Part shown: positions 1 to 16,049 of the stretch, piece after piece
Layout: each line of letters starts with the position of its first letter
Position numbering within the stretch: the stretch's first letter is position 1
Assembly: GCF_009914755.1 (NCBI RefSeq)
Contig: NC_060930.1
DNA length: 64,000 nt
Direction: 5' to 3' (one strand)
Source: the human T2T-CHM13v2.0 reference genome, Homo sapiens
Translations under genes and position numbers: made by a program
The notes under the pieces: model-generated
What the model saw: the letters and a program-made list of their open reading frames with translations, nothing else
What the model was told of the DNA's origin: nothing
Databases searched by the model: none

Positions 1-963
1 GATCTCATGGATGGGAAAGCTCTTAATCTCTTCCAAACCTCTCATTTTGTAGATTAGGAAACGGAGACCCAGTTCAATTTAGTAACTTGCCTCGGGTCAG
101 AAGGACAGTGAGCCAAGACAGAGCATACATCCCAGACTGCAAACCAGAGTTCTTTCTGCTATGAAAAGCTTCCTTTTGCCCCAGACCAAAGAGAAGCTGG
201 ACTCACTTAAGAGGCAGTCGTATTCCCTTAGGAGTAAGAAAATATGACAAAATAGGTTCTGAGGATAAAAGAAGGAAAACCATCCAAAGGCACAAATCTC
301 AAAAGAGGTGTGCAAATCTCAAAAGAAGCACTCAAACACCATGAGTGTTCAGGATGTTCAAACCTGAGCCATCACCAAGAGGGAGACAGAGTGCTGTAAA
401 CTGGGATAAGCTGGCTAAAAAGGAATATTATACTTATGAGGCATTAAACAATGACATCAATATGGTTAGCTGTGCACTTAAACTGTCTGTACCATATAGG
501 AGGAAGACAAAAGAGAACTGTTAGAGAAACCCAAGAGTAGAAAAGAAGTCAGGACCCGGGGACACAGCTTTTGAAGGGAAAATCATCCTTGTCCTTTTCA
601 CCTGATGATGTGTCAGTGAGGAAGGAAGTGGGGAAGACCCTGCAGGTACTGGACAGCCAGCCCCAAGTTTGAGGTGTCATTTCATCCCAACGTCTTCAAA
701 CTGGAGTACAAGACAGCCCAGTGCCTTTTACAGTGCTGGCTCAGATCAGCTGAACTGTGGAGAATTCCTGGTGAGCTGCTTTTTTTCTGAAGCATTCAGA
801 CCTATTCCTTGAAGAGATTTGCAGCTGACTCCCAGGATGTTCTGGGAGTTACTGGGCGTGGCACAGATTGCTGTTTCAGTGAAGTTCAGAGTGTCCTGTT
901 TTTCATTTCTTGAGAAATAATAATGTTTTATGCTTACCAAACCAACCGCAGCTCAATACATCA

Positions 964-1152
<189 letters not shown>

Positions 1153-1155
1153 TCA

Positions 1156-1383
<228 letters not shown>

Positions 1384-1468
1384 CTAACAGAATTCAATCA
1401 GGATCAGGGTGGGGTTGGGATGGTAGGAGGGGGATCAGAGCTCCTGCCAAGGCCTCCTCAGTACTTAC

Positions 1469-1837
1469 CTGTCTTAATACGACTAACCCCCGTGAATCCA
1501 CGTAGTGTACCATGGAGAAATCCAGGATGATGGTGTGGACACTGGGCAGTAGAGACGCATCTGAGTAAGGGATGAGTGATCTCCTCCCCTGGCTTTCCGC
1601 CACATCAGGCAGTCCTGGTGAGCTGTTTCTTGATGAGTTATTAGGAAGCCAAACTTCCTCCACCTCCTCATACTGTTGCCCTTGATTTTTCTGAGACACG
1701 GACGATACTGTGTATGGCACTTGGTCTTCGGATGCAGTTTGGCTTGTGTTCATGCTCTCAAAATGTGAGCAGTGAATCAGGTTAATGGAGGATGCTTCGG
1801 GATCCAGTTTATTTTCAAATCGCTCTGTGTAAAGAAT
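1469..1837 (-). CDS. SLC26A8: SLC26A8 coding exon (probable exon 17), 369 nt, ILYTERFENK...IILDFSMVHYVDSRGLVVLRQ; STAS
   Basis: Acceptor gtcgtcccag, donor CAG|GTAAGT; STAS conserved loop LDFS.V.(F/Y).D..G. Confidence 0.97.
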
Positions 1838-2247
1838 CTGGGACGACAGAGTTAAGGGAGGGCTGTGGTAAGACACCAACAAGGGCCGGAAGGACTTGCA
1901 ACGATGCTATTTCTTGTCTCTGCCAGCTCATGTCCCTCTCTCATGAAACTTCTCCCGAGAGTAGGTACTGTGCATTTTTTACTTGGATATCTGTCACTTC
2001 AAGCTCACAACTGAAGCCCCCACAGTCATCTTTCCTCATCTTCACCACCCACGACACCCCCCTCCCAACTTCTGATGTTCATCACTGTCCCAGTGAGCCA
2101 GACTTAAAACATCTTTTACTCCTTTTCCTCATGCTTGGGTCCTAGTTAGTCTCCAGTGCCTACTAATACTTTGTGTGAAGTATTTTTTTCCCATCAGTCC
2201 CTTGTCTCAGCACCCTCTTCCTTCATCAGTGCAACAGTCTCCTTTCA

Positions 2248-2635
<388 letters not shown>

Positions 2636-2937
2636 TCAGGAGGCTGAGGTGAGAGGATCGCTTGAAGCTGGGAGGTTGAGGCTGCAGTGAGCTGTGACCA
2701 CACCACCACACTCCAGATTGAGCAACAGAGCAAGACCTTATGTCCAAAAAAAAAAAAAAAAAAAAATTACATGAGCAAGGCTGTCTTTACCACTGCTGTC
2801 AACCTCCTAAAGGCCCAGACTGCCTGCTATAGCTTAAGGACAGTAACAAGGACCAGGAACACAATGATGTGCAGGATGCAAATGTGGACTCTGCATTTAC
2901 AGGAACCAGACTCTACCTGGCAGTGTGCACACGTTCA

Positions 2938-3420
<483 letters not shown>

Positions 3421-3941
3421 TCAGCTACTCGGGAGGCTGAGGCAGGAAAATTGCTTGAACCCAGGAAGCAGAGTTTGTGGTGAGCCAAGGTCGCACCATC
3501 CCACTCCAGCCCCGGTAACAAGAGTGAAACTCCGTCTCAAAATAAAAAGGATAAGTAAGAATATATATGGATGAGAACTATAAAGCACAAGGAATAATGA
3601 GAAGAATTCCTTTGCTAGAGTGGTGTAATTCTGGGTGATGTTTCTATTTTTTTTTTTAATGTTATTCTAACAATGTTGCTTGTGAAATAAATTTTAAAAA
3701 TTTAAAGCTAAAAACAATATGAGGTAGTATATATTGTATAGCAGAAAAGAAAAGAAAAGTGGTGTGGATAGATGATAATGCTGCAGTTTGCAGTTCAAAG
3801 GAGAGAGCTGTTCCCAAGGCTTGAGGTCACTGGGGCCAGGCATTTGGGGAACAGGCCAGGGTTGGCTCAGTGGCAGGGAGATGTGAGCTCCTCTAGGCAG
3901 AGGGAATTCTCTGAGAGCCACCTTTTTTTTTTTTTTTTTGA

Positions 3942-4100
<159 letters not shown>

Positions 4101-4517
4101 TAGTAGAGACAGGGTTTCACCATGTTGGCCAGGCTAGTTTCGAACTCCTGACCCCAGGTGATCCGCCTGCCTCGGCCTCCCAAAGTTTTGGGATTACGGG
4201 CGTAAGCCACTGCGCCTGGCCATCCGAGATCCTTCTTTTCTCTCCTCCATCTACTCTACGTTCTTATCTTTCTTACAATCCCCTCATGTGTTATCTGCCT
4301 GACCTTACTTCCCAGGCTAAGCCTCTATCCTAAGAGCCCCACGTTTATTTCTACCTTGGTGTCTTTGTCGAAGCCTGTCCATGGACTGGGAATCCTCTTT
4401 TTTCCTACCCAACTTCAATCTAAAATTCTCTCATAAATTTCCCAGCACAGGCTGATGCTACCACAAAGTTTTTCTGACTTTTGAGCTCATGCCAATCTCC
4501 CCTTACTTGATGTCTTA

Positions 4518-4711
<194 letters not shown>

Positions 4712-5775
4712 GCTGTTAGAATCTAAACATACAATTTAAAAGACAGCTATATGCTATATTGCATGATTCACTATGCTATTTTGTCAATCTTAAGATATAC
4801 CACTATTATGAAAGAAAAAAACAAGCCAGGTATGGTGCTCACCCCTGTAATCCCAGCACTTTGGGAGACTGAGGCAGGTGGATTGCCTGAGGTCAGGAGT
4901 TCGAGACTAGCCTGGCCAACATGGTGAAACCCCTTCTCAGTAGCTCAGTGGAACCTATGCTCCATTAGAATGTATGGGAACAAGAGTGGATGCTCAGGGT
5001 TTTGCAAGCACCTGCATGGCGGGTGGAGGCATTTGTGTGTGTGTGTTGCGGGGGAGGATGTAAATCTTTGTGTATAGAGAGAGCTGCCCCTCCAGAGTGA
5101 GTGCTGTAGACTAGGTGATTGCCGAAAGACCCAAAAGCTAGAAATGAGCAATCCTGCTCTGGGGGAAGGGACTACTTAGATCAAGTCCAGTTTGGAAATA
5201 ATGAACACTTTGTAATTCTCATCAGTAAAAATAACCTCCAAATGCTGTAAAATTCCCATCTGAAATAGCGGCCTGTGCTCATCCTCCCCGCTCCTTTCCC
5301 CCATCTCCCATCATCATTTTCTTGGCCATAGGAAGACATCAGGAGACCCTGGCAGATCCTTGAGAAGCCCAGCAACCTTGACCTTGCCCTAGTTGGAATC
5401 AGAAAACAATCTTTAAGTCACTTATTTTCAGAAATCTAAAGCTTGGCCGCTAAGAGCCAGGGAAATAGGTGCAACTACAGAATTACAGTCTCAACAGGCA
5501 AACTGTTCTCTGGTCACTGTTCAACCAGTAGAAGTCAGAACACTTCCCACCTACTTTCTTGTGAAAACCTGAACCTCAAGGGGGAATCTTGTGCCTTTTT
5601 TTTTTCAGTCAAGCCTCCAAGGTGAGAGGAACCTTGTATCTTAATTTCTGAATTCTTCATGGTCCATCTAAAAGTCAAAATCCCTTAGAGGTTTTGATTT
5701 TTTTTTTAAGAAATGACTAGTGTACTTGTTTATAAAATATGGAGAAAAACATAGGAAAGAAAAGGCATTTCTAAC

Positions 5776-5907
5776 CCTGGGCAGCGGCTCCAGATCATCA
5801 CAGTTGCAGAAACACCTGCAAATCTTTCCTCCTTGTAGATTGGTGTCACTTGAATTAAACAAGCTGAAAATTTCTTCTTCTTTAAGAGGCACCTTTACCA
5901 TATCAAC
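5776..5907 (-). CDS. SLC26A8: SLC26A8 coding exon (probable exon 16), 132 nt, VDMVKVPL...DDLEPLPR; STAS intervening sequence
   Basis: Acceptor gtctttcag, donor AGG|GTTAGA; follows a 122-nt intron. Confidence 0.94.
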
Positions 5908-6029
5908 CTGAAAGACATGAGAGGTCTCATCCAGAGGAAGAATGGTGGAACAGAAGGTGAAAGAGTGGGAGAGAGATGCCAGTGGCGGGGAGTGGGCAGG
6001 TTGAGAAAGGCGGGCAGGAGGGCAGATAC

Positions 6030-6122
6030 CTCTTTTAACAGCTTATGCTTTAGGTAGTAAACATTTACAAATGTAATTGAGCTGCAGCACTGGAAGATTT
6101 TCACCCCAGGAATGGTGATGAT
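6030..6122 (-). CDS. SLC26A8: SLC26A8 coding exon (probable exon 15), 93 nt, [10 protein letters not shown]...HKLLKE; STAS N-part
   Basis: Acceptor tcttgcag, donor GAG|GTATCT; PGVKIF....I.F.N STAS motif. Confidence 0.96.
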
Positions 6123-6203
6123 CTGCAAGACAAAATGTGAAGTTGAGGGAAATTTCTCAGTTATTTTATGGAATAAGAATAATATATCCTTAGAAGCTCC
6201 TAG

Positions 6204-6515
<312 letters not shown>

Positions 6516-6730
6516 TAGAGACAAGAACTAGAAAATTATTTCCTCCCATTTTCACCCTCTGCTTTTCCTGCTGTCTTCTTTCTCCCTTCATTTCCTTTTT
6601 CTTGGCCAAACTCTCCTTAAAGTACATTTACAAATGATCTTTAACTGGCTGCAATACTATAAGAATTTAGCTACTTAAGAACCCGTCTTGGCTGGGTGTG
6701 TTGAGTCATGCCTGTAATCCTAGCACTCTA

Positions 6731-7093
<363 letters not shown>

Positions 7094-7158
7094 CTAAGCA
7101 TGAGGTGGGGCCCACTCTATCCCTTAGGCAGAGAAATGGGACCCATTTGGATTCTTAC

Positions 7159-7228
7159 CTCCCGATAATCATTGATGCTTCTATAAATGTTGGTGTTAGG
7201 GATTTGACCCAGGAGAAGAATCTTAGCT
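7159..7228 (-). CDS. SLC26A8: SLC26A8 coding exon (probable exon 14), 70 nt, AKILLLGQIPNTNIYRSINDYRE
   Basis: Acceptor cctttcag, donor GAG|GTAAGA; LGQIP.T.IY motif preceding STAS. Confidence 0.96.
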
Positions 7229-7308
7229 CTGAAAGGAAATGCACTTGCCTTTAGGTCAGAGTTGGCTTACCTTGCCTTGTTAACCTCCTATTACCTGAGA
7301 CAAAGTAC

Positions 7309-7415
7309 CTGTGTGAACGAACAGTGGTGATGAAGAAAGCAGAAACTACTGAGATAATTAGTCCAATGTCCAGTCCCAGGAAAATTGAAGATGAGAATGT
7401 CATCATCCAAAGAGC
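7309..7415 (-). CDS. SLC26A8: SLC26A8 coding exon (probable exon 13), 107 nt, ALWMMTFSS...ITTVRSH(R); TM13-14
   Basis: Acceptor tttccataag (AAG type), donor AG|GTACTT; GLDIGL motif; in frame with the next exon. Confidence 0.93.
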
Positions 7416-8324
7416 CTTATGGAAAAGGGAATGAGGGGAAAATGATCATGAAAACAAGTTCAACTGAGAAAATGATCAGTCCTGTTTCTCAACTCACCTT
7501 CACCCTCTCCCTTACTACACCTGGGCTTTAGGGAAATATTCCATAGCCACATGGACTGGTGCCATGACAAACAATGGGGCCCTCCAGGATGCCTAGCAAT
7601 TCTTTTATGCATCCCTGGTCGCCTCTGTCTTCAAATCTCTCTCAAAACTTCAATTTCCTCATGTGCAAAATAGTAATAATGTCTACCTTATAGGCTTTGT
7701 TGAGATTAGGAATACCATTTGCAAAGCCAACTAGAATACTCACCAAATGGTAGTTGCTATTTTAAGATGTATAAGAGTTGTTGCAAATCTTTACCATCCT
7801 TTTCAGGCCCCTACCCCAGCACCTTCTCCATTACTTCATCTTCACAGAAGAAAAGTCAGCTGAAATTCCTTAAATATATATTTTCCTCACCACCTGCCAC
7901 TTGTCAGTGTCTATACTCAATGTTTCCTCATTCTCTTCCGTCCCTTTGGAAGTGTTATGCCTCCTCCTGGAATAGAAACTATCTGTGCAGTGGACCCGTC
8001 CCCTCTTAGCTCCTCAGGGATCTGGCTCCAAAAGTTATCCCCTTTCATATTTCTTTGCCTCTCCTGGGTCCTCCTCTCATCACATTCTATCCTCCACCTT
8101 TTATTTCTTGCTGTTTCCCCTTTCTGACCTCCGGTTTTGTGCTCCAGAGAGGAGTGTGCTCCAGCAGTTATTCTGCCTGACAAGACACCACCTTCCCTTA
8201 TTGGGATTGGAGACTCCTATCCTGAAATGTATTTACATTAACTGGATTAAAAGTCATTCAAGGCTGGGTGCAGTGGCTCACGCCTGTAATCCCAGCACTT
8301 TGGGAGGCTGAGGCACGTGGATCA

Positions 8325-8621
<297 letters not shown>

Positions 8622-8841
8622 TTAATCCTTTTCATTTAATTTTGCATAGTTGGAATGAGGTCTTCGTGTTTTCATGTACCAACAACCTTGACTCTCCTTT
8701 TTAAAGCAAAACTGGAGTACTAGGCATCAAAGAGTTGTTTGTGTTCTTTAGGTCCATGGCAGATCTCTTTTGTTTGTTCTTTCTCCCTCTCTCCAACCTC
8801 CCTCTGCCCTCCCCTTCCTCAGCCAGGGCATCTACACTCAC

Positions 8842-8937
8842 ACAGTCATATTGGTCCTGCCTCCACAGGCTGGGTAGGTTAGAAATGGTTTCAAGGTAGG
8901 GAATGACGTTGCTCAGAATAATACCAGCCAGCACAGC
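8842..8937 (-). CDS. SLC26A8: SLC26A8 coding exon (probable exon 12), 96 nt, AVLAGIILSN...WRQDQYDC
   Basis: Acceptor ttccccacag, donor TGT|GTGAGT; phase 0-0. Confidence 0.96.
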
Positions 8938-9446
8938 CTGTGGGGAAAAGATAAATCATGGTTCATTTTCCCTTTGGGGTGTAAAACTCACAAATCCCCA
9001 CCAAGGAATCACAAAAAGTTAGCCTTGCCACTTTGAGATATTTTGCATTGATATTTTATATGAATACCATGTCTATGTTCCAACTCATTGTCCAATCAAA
9101 TAAATTTTCTCTACGTTTCTCTTTTCTCTTCCTTTCTGAGGCAGGGTCTCGCTCTTGCCCAGGCTGGAGTACTGTGGCGTGCTATCATAGCTCATTGCAG
9201 CCTTGAACTCCTGGGCTCAAGACGTCCTCCCCACTCAGCCTCCCAAGTAGCTGGGACTACGTGCCATCACTCACGGCTAATTTTGTCTCTACATTTTTCT
9301 TTGCCCTCCTCCTTAATTTGCCAAAAACACAAGGCAAGGTCAGGCCAACGTCAAGGCCTGACTGATTCAGCCAGGAAAGCTGACAATAGCCCCTTTTAGA
9401 TTCAGGTAGTTCATTACTCACATAGACAGTGAGAGGAAGAGTAACT

Positions 9447-9931
9447 TGAGGAAAGTGAAAATCACCTCCTTACCATTGAGCAGGCCCCGGAGACAAAAAC
9501 TTCTTATCTGAGCAATTTAAAAGGGAGCAAAGACCACCTGATGACCATCTGACAGGCCATCCGGAGGCAAAACTCCTTATCTAGGAATTTAGAAGTAAAC
9601 AAACTTCCCTAATATCTCAAACTGGCATGTGATTCCAGGCCTCTTTCAACTTTTATAAGTAACAAAATTTTCTATACATCTCTGGAATGCTGTGCTGAAA
9701 CTCGTTTTACAACCCTAAGCTCCCGCCTTAAGGTCTATGAATGCTCCTAAGGAAAACCCACCATAGCGCACTCAGTCCTCTTGCTGAGGCGCCTCACTGC
9801 ATCCTTTCGCAGTGTTCTTCCCTTCTAATAAACTTTCCTTTTTCAAACCTATACTATTGTCAGTAAATTCTTTTTCCCAACCCACAAGTCGACCACTCAC
9901 AGGTGCCAGGGCTCTGACATCTCGCCAGGCA
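9447..9931 (+). mobile_element. ERV1-class solo LTR (subfamily not assigned)
   Basis: TG...CA ends; near-identical flanks TAACT/TAGCT; AATAAA at 9827-9832 followed by a pyrimidine-rich U5; internal ~45-nt tandem duplication (caggcc..gaggcaaaactccttatct). Confidence 0.8.
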
Positions 9932-10418
9932 TAGCTAAAGGTTATACTCATCTATCCCCTTCTGCTTCTGTTACTTTTGGTGTGTGGAACAAGACCCATG
10001 GGAGCTGGTGCCTTTGGCTACTTGGCCTTGCCTTGTCTGGTTTGCTTGACATATCTGTTACCTACCTTATCTAGAAACCATTCTCAGATGGGATGATAAA
10101 TTAAGAGAACTTACACTCACAGAAACTCCAAAACAATTCCAACTGGGCTTTTCTTCATGTTGAATCATAATATACTGTAATGATTTACTAATGAAATACC
10201 ATTTTGTTTATCAAATTAAATGAGCAAATTTAAAATACTGATAGCCAAGTGTGGTGGCTCATGCCTGTAATCCCCAGCACTTTGTGAAGGTGAGGCAGGA
10301 GGATCACTTGAGCCCAGGAGTTCGAGACCAGCCTGGGTGACATAGTGAGACACCATCTCTACAAAAAACATAAAATTAGCCAGGTGTGGTAGCATGCAAC
10401 TACAGTCCCAGCTACTCA

Positions 10419-10556
<138 letters not shown>

Positions 10557-11834
10557 TTATACATGGTTGTTGAAATAGGGTGGTGCCCTTTTGGAAAATC
10601 ACTTGACAGTATATCCAGAAATGCTGATATGTTTTCACACAAAAACTTTGTTTTACTTTCAGAAATTTATCCTAAATCTTGGCCAGACGCAGTGGCTCAT
10701 GTCTGTAATCCCAGAACTTTGGGAGGCTGAGGCAGGCGAATCTCTTGAAGCCAGGAGTTCCAGACAAATTTAGCCCATGTGGCAAAAACCTGTCTCTACT
10801 ACAAATACAAAAATTAGCCGGGCATGGTGGTACATGCCTGTAATCTCAGCCACTCGGGAGGCTGAGGCATGAGAATCGCTTGAACCTGGGAGGCAGAGGT
10901 TTCAGTGAGCCAAGATCACACCACTGTACTTCAGACTGGGTGACAGAGTGAGACTCTGTCTCAAAAAAAAAAAATCTTAAATCTAGAAAACTGTAGATGT
11001 GCCAGGCATGGTGGATCACGCCTGTAATCCCAGCACTTTGGGAAGCTGAGGTGAGTGGATCATTTGAGGTCAGGAGCTCGAGACCAGCCTGGCCAACATA
11101 GTGAAACCTTGTCTCTACTAAAAATACAAAAATTAGCCAGGCAGTAGTGGCGTGCACCTGTAATCCCAGCTACTCAGGAGGCTGAGGTGGGAGAACTCCT
11201 TGAACCTGGGAGGCAGAGGTTGCAGTGAGCCGAGATTGGGCCACCGCTCTCCAGTCTGGGCAAGAGAGTGAGACCATGTCTCAAAAAAAAAAAAAAGAAA
11301 ATGGTAGATGTACAAAATTACTCATTGTTATTTATAACAAAAATGTAGACAACCTAATTTTCCAAAAATGTCAAATGTTATAGAATGAAGTTTCATGCTA
11401 TATATTAAATAACAAGAATATAAAATTGTACAGTTAGGTTACAACTATGCAAAGTGATATCCATTTTTAGAAAATAATATTGGTTGGATAGATGCCAAAA
11501 TGTGAATAGTTTTTTATTTGTGATGGTGAATGACATTTTTATCTATTTTGCATTTTCTAAAGTTTTGAAAATGAGCATGTTTACTTTTATAATGGAAAGA
11601 AAGTTTCCTAAATATGAGAAAATGAGGATTTATACGCACAAGCATATAAAAATCGTTCAGGGCTTCAAAGTAGAATTTAACCTACTTTTAAGAAGCATTT
11701 TTGCTCACACCTGGCTGGGCGTGGTGGCTCACACCTGTAATCCCAGCACTTTGGGAGGCCGAGGCAGATGGAATCACCTGAGGTTGGGGGTTCGAGACCA
11801 GCCTGACCAACATGGAGAAACCCCGTCTCTACTA

Positions 11835-11996
<162 letters not shown>

Positions 11997-14191
11997 TCAA
12001 AAAAAAAAAAAAAAAGAAAGAAAGAAAGAAACATTTTTGTTCACACCTGTAATCCCAGCACTTTGGGAGGCTGAGGTGGGTGGATCACCTGAGGTCAGGA
12101 GTTCAAGACCAGCCTGGCCCACATGGCGAAACTCCATCTCTACTAAAAATGCAAAAATTAGCCAGGCGTGGTGGCAGGTGCCTGTAATCCCAGCTACTCA
12201 GGAGGCTGAGGCAGGAAAATTGCTTGAACCTGGGAGGCAGAGGTTGAAGTGAGCTGAGCTGAGCTGAGATCATGCCACTGCACTCCAGCCTGGGCAATAG
12301 AGGGAGACTCTCATCTCAAAAAAAAAAAAAAAAAAGATTTTCTTGTGGTCATGAAATTCCTGTATTGGTTTAATTTCTTAGCCCTTTCCTAGCTGTCCAT
12401 TCCTCCATATTCTCTGCCTGGGAATTAGAACTAATCTTACCACGAGGAATGGCTGAGTCCACGCTTACTCTGGCTTTCTGAGGGTACCCAGTGACCCGTT
12501 AGACACAACAGGTCAGTAGAGGAGCGAAAAGCAAAGATGAAGTTGGCAGAAATTACTTCTTTCCCACCATACCATCTTTTCCACTATGCTATCTTCTTTC
12601 CAGTCAAGAATTTCCAAACTTCCTTCAATTTGAAGAAATACGGTGGGAAGGAAAATAAACTCAACCTCATAGGGTTTTTGAAAGGTTTTTGACTTGAGGC
12701 AGGGAGTATGGAGAGGAAACAAATCTTTTCATAAAACAATATGCAACAACATTTTTATCCTTCTAAATATTAAGGTGAAACATGCTCATGGTGTAAAAAC
12801 AAGTTAAACTCATACATAATTTCCATTATCCCAGAGATAACCACTGGTATGTTCTACATTTTTCTTCCTCACAAAATTGGAATAATATTGAATATATTAT
12901 TTTATATCATGTTTTTCAAAATTTGTGTTGGTCCTCTTGTAACTAGTTGAGATCCTAGCCTGAATGCTCTACTAGGGACTCTAACAAGGGTTTTGCAACT
13001 GTTCACAGTTTTTCAAGAAAGGAAGAAGTCATTTATAGCTTAGTACTCATAGAACCTTATTGTTACAGTAATTAATCTATTCCATTGATCTTATTATAAT
13101 CACAACTGCTCACTCAGAAACATGCTAACTAGATGCTATAAAATTAATGTGATGTAATATGGCTAGCCAAAAGCAAGGGCTGTTCTGTCCCCAACGTGTT
13201 TATAATAAAGGAGTCCCAAATTTTATCACTACCCGTCAGTGAACTCTGATAATTTTTGTTTGTTTGGAATTTTAAAATTCTGCTTCATTTAGTTGTAAAG
13301 AAAAAATATCCATGTCCAAAGTAAATCAGTGAGTGGCCCTCCTAAAATAGATTCCAATAGTGATAGCAACAAAGGTGCTGTAGAAACTGAATTCTGGAGA
13401 TTACCTCTACTGGGAATCAGAGGACCGCTTGCGTGTCAATTTTTACTAGTTCCACCCTCCTTGCATAGATTCCATGCCTTGGCTCCAAGGTCCTTGAATC
13501 ATATGAGCAGAAGGCAGCAGCAGCCTTGTGGATGGTCCTGCTCTACTGACACCTGCTATTCACCAGGTGGAAAGGAAGCATTCAGAAGGAGGGAGATCAC
13601 ATTTACAACCACCCCAGCTTCAGGGACAGCCACCTCGGTGTGTAACCAAGCTGCTACATCCACAAATAAACCTTCTCTCACCTCCCTAAGTACGATATAA
13701 AAATGGCTAACAGGAACATGAAGAAAACTTAAAAGGAAATGATGGTCACTGAGTATAGACCTACTGTAACCTAAGAAGAGAAGGATTATAGCTAATAATT
13801 AACACACCTGGCATCTCTACAGGGTGCTCAGTTTCACACAAAGGGAAGAATGACACATTTGTATATAGAGGCATGCTGGCTGAATACTGAGTTAAGACAC
13901 AACTTTCAGACCTGCCTTCTAGTGTTGTGAACTAACCAAGAGGCAGTGTAGCAGCAATGGGAGGACTGAGTTCACACAAATGCAGAACAAGGCCTTCTGG
14001 AAGCAGTGTAGGAAAACAGATGGCATGAATGCACAGTGAGTTTCCAAGCCCATGTTGGTGTGGCTTCTGAAGTCTATTTTGGTCATTTTTCACTGAATCC
14101 TTACTTACGAAGCTTGCTTTATAGCTTAAGCAATAAAAAGAAGATTCAATAATAATAATAACTTAATTTTATTTATTTATTTATTTTTTGA

Positions 14192-14458
<267 letters not shown>

Positions 14459-14500
14459 TAACGCTTTTTTTTCTTTTTTAGACGGAGTCTCACTCTGTAA

Positions 14501-14809
<309 letters not shown>

Positions 14810-14897
14810 TAATGTTTCTTGAGTGTTTACTATAGGCCCAATACTATTACATCTATCTATCTACACACCATATAAATCTTATATATAAATATACATA

Positions 14898-14905
14898 TGT
14901 GTGTA

Positions 14906-14966
<61 letters not shown>
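14898..14966. repeat. Compound (TG)n(TA)n microsatellite
   Basis: Directly visible dinucleotide runs. Confidence 0.97.
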
Positions 14967-14969
<3 letters not shown>

Positions 14970-15188
14970 ACATCATTTAACCCTCAACCCTGTGATCCAG
15001 ATACTATTATCTTGAATGAAAGGGACTAGAGATAGGCTGGAGCAACCATTGGGGATAATCCGAATGCAATTCTCCTCGGAGATGCCCGCCCCCCCGCCCC
15101 CAGCCCCTTACCCCCCGCACACACACACCAAGGAGCAATCCAGAGCCCTGGTCGTTGTTGACTTAGTTATTTGATCAGTTCTACTTAC

Positions 15189-15266
15189 ATTTGGCAGTGT
15201 GTAGAAAAAGTGTCCCATCTTCACCATCAGGAGCAGCATCACACCTGCGCCTACCAGAGATGCAAA
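15189..15266 (-). CDS. SLC26A8: SLC26A8 coding exon (probable exon 11), 78 nt, FASLVGAGV...FFYTLPN
   Basis: Acceptor gtctcctcag, donor AAT|GTAAGT; phase 0-0. Confidence 0.96.
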
Positions 15267-15692
15267 CTGAGGAGACAGAGCCAGTTGGAGAGAAACCATC
15301 AGGAACGTATTGGTCCCTGTCTGCAACTGAGGCCTTCTGCTTGGTGAGAAGCATGTCAATTTTTCTTAAAAGGAGTTGAGTTCAGTCCAAGTGTATTTTT
15401 GTTGAACTGACATTTTCAAGTCTTATCAAAGTGCTAAACACATACTAGGTACTCAATAAATACTCCCTAAATGAATGGAAAGATGCTCCCTGAAAAGCTC
15501 CACGTTGTCCTGGGCATTTGAATCTTTACTGCCACTGCTCTGTGCTATGAATCTGAATTCTCCTAAAATCTGATTTGCATCTCCTCCTAAGTTTAACCTC
15601 TCCTTGCACAATTTAGAAAAGCCGTAGTTGGCCGGGTGCGGTGGCTCACACCTGTAATCCTAGCACATTGGGAGGCTGAGGCCGGCAGATCA

Positions 15693-16049
<357 letters not shown>

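Noticed and set aside
13329-13700. 123-aa non-Alu ORF on the + strand
   Set aside because: Non-ATG start, no recognisable domain or splice context; within chance expectation.
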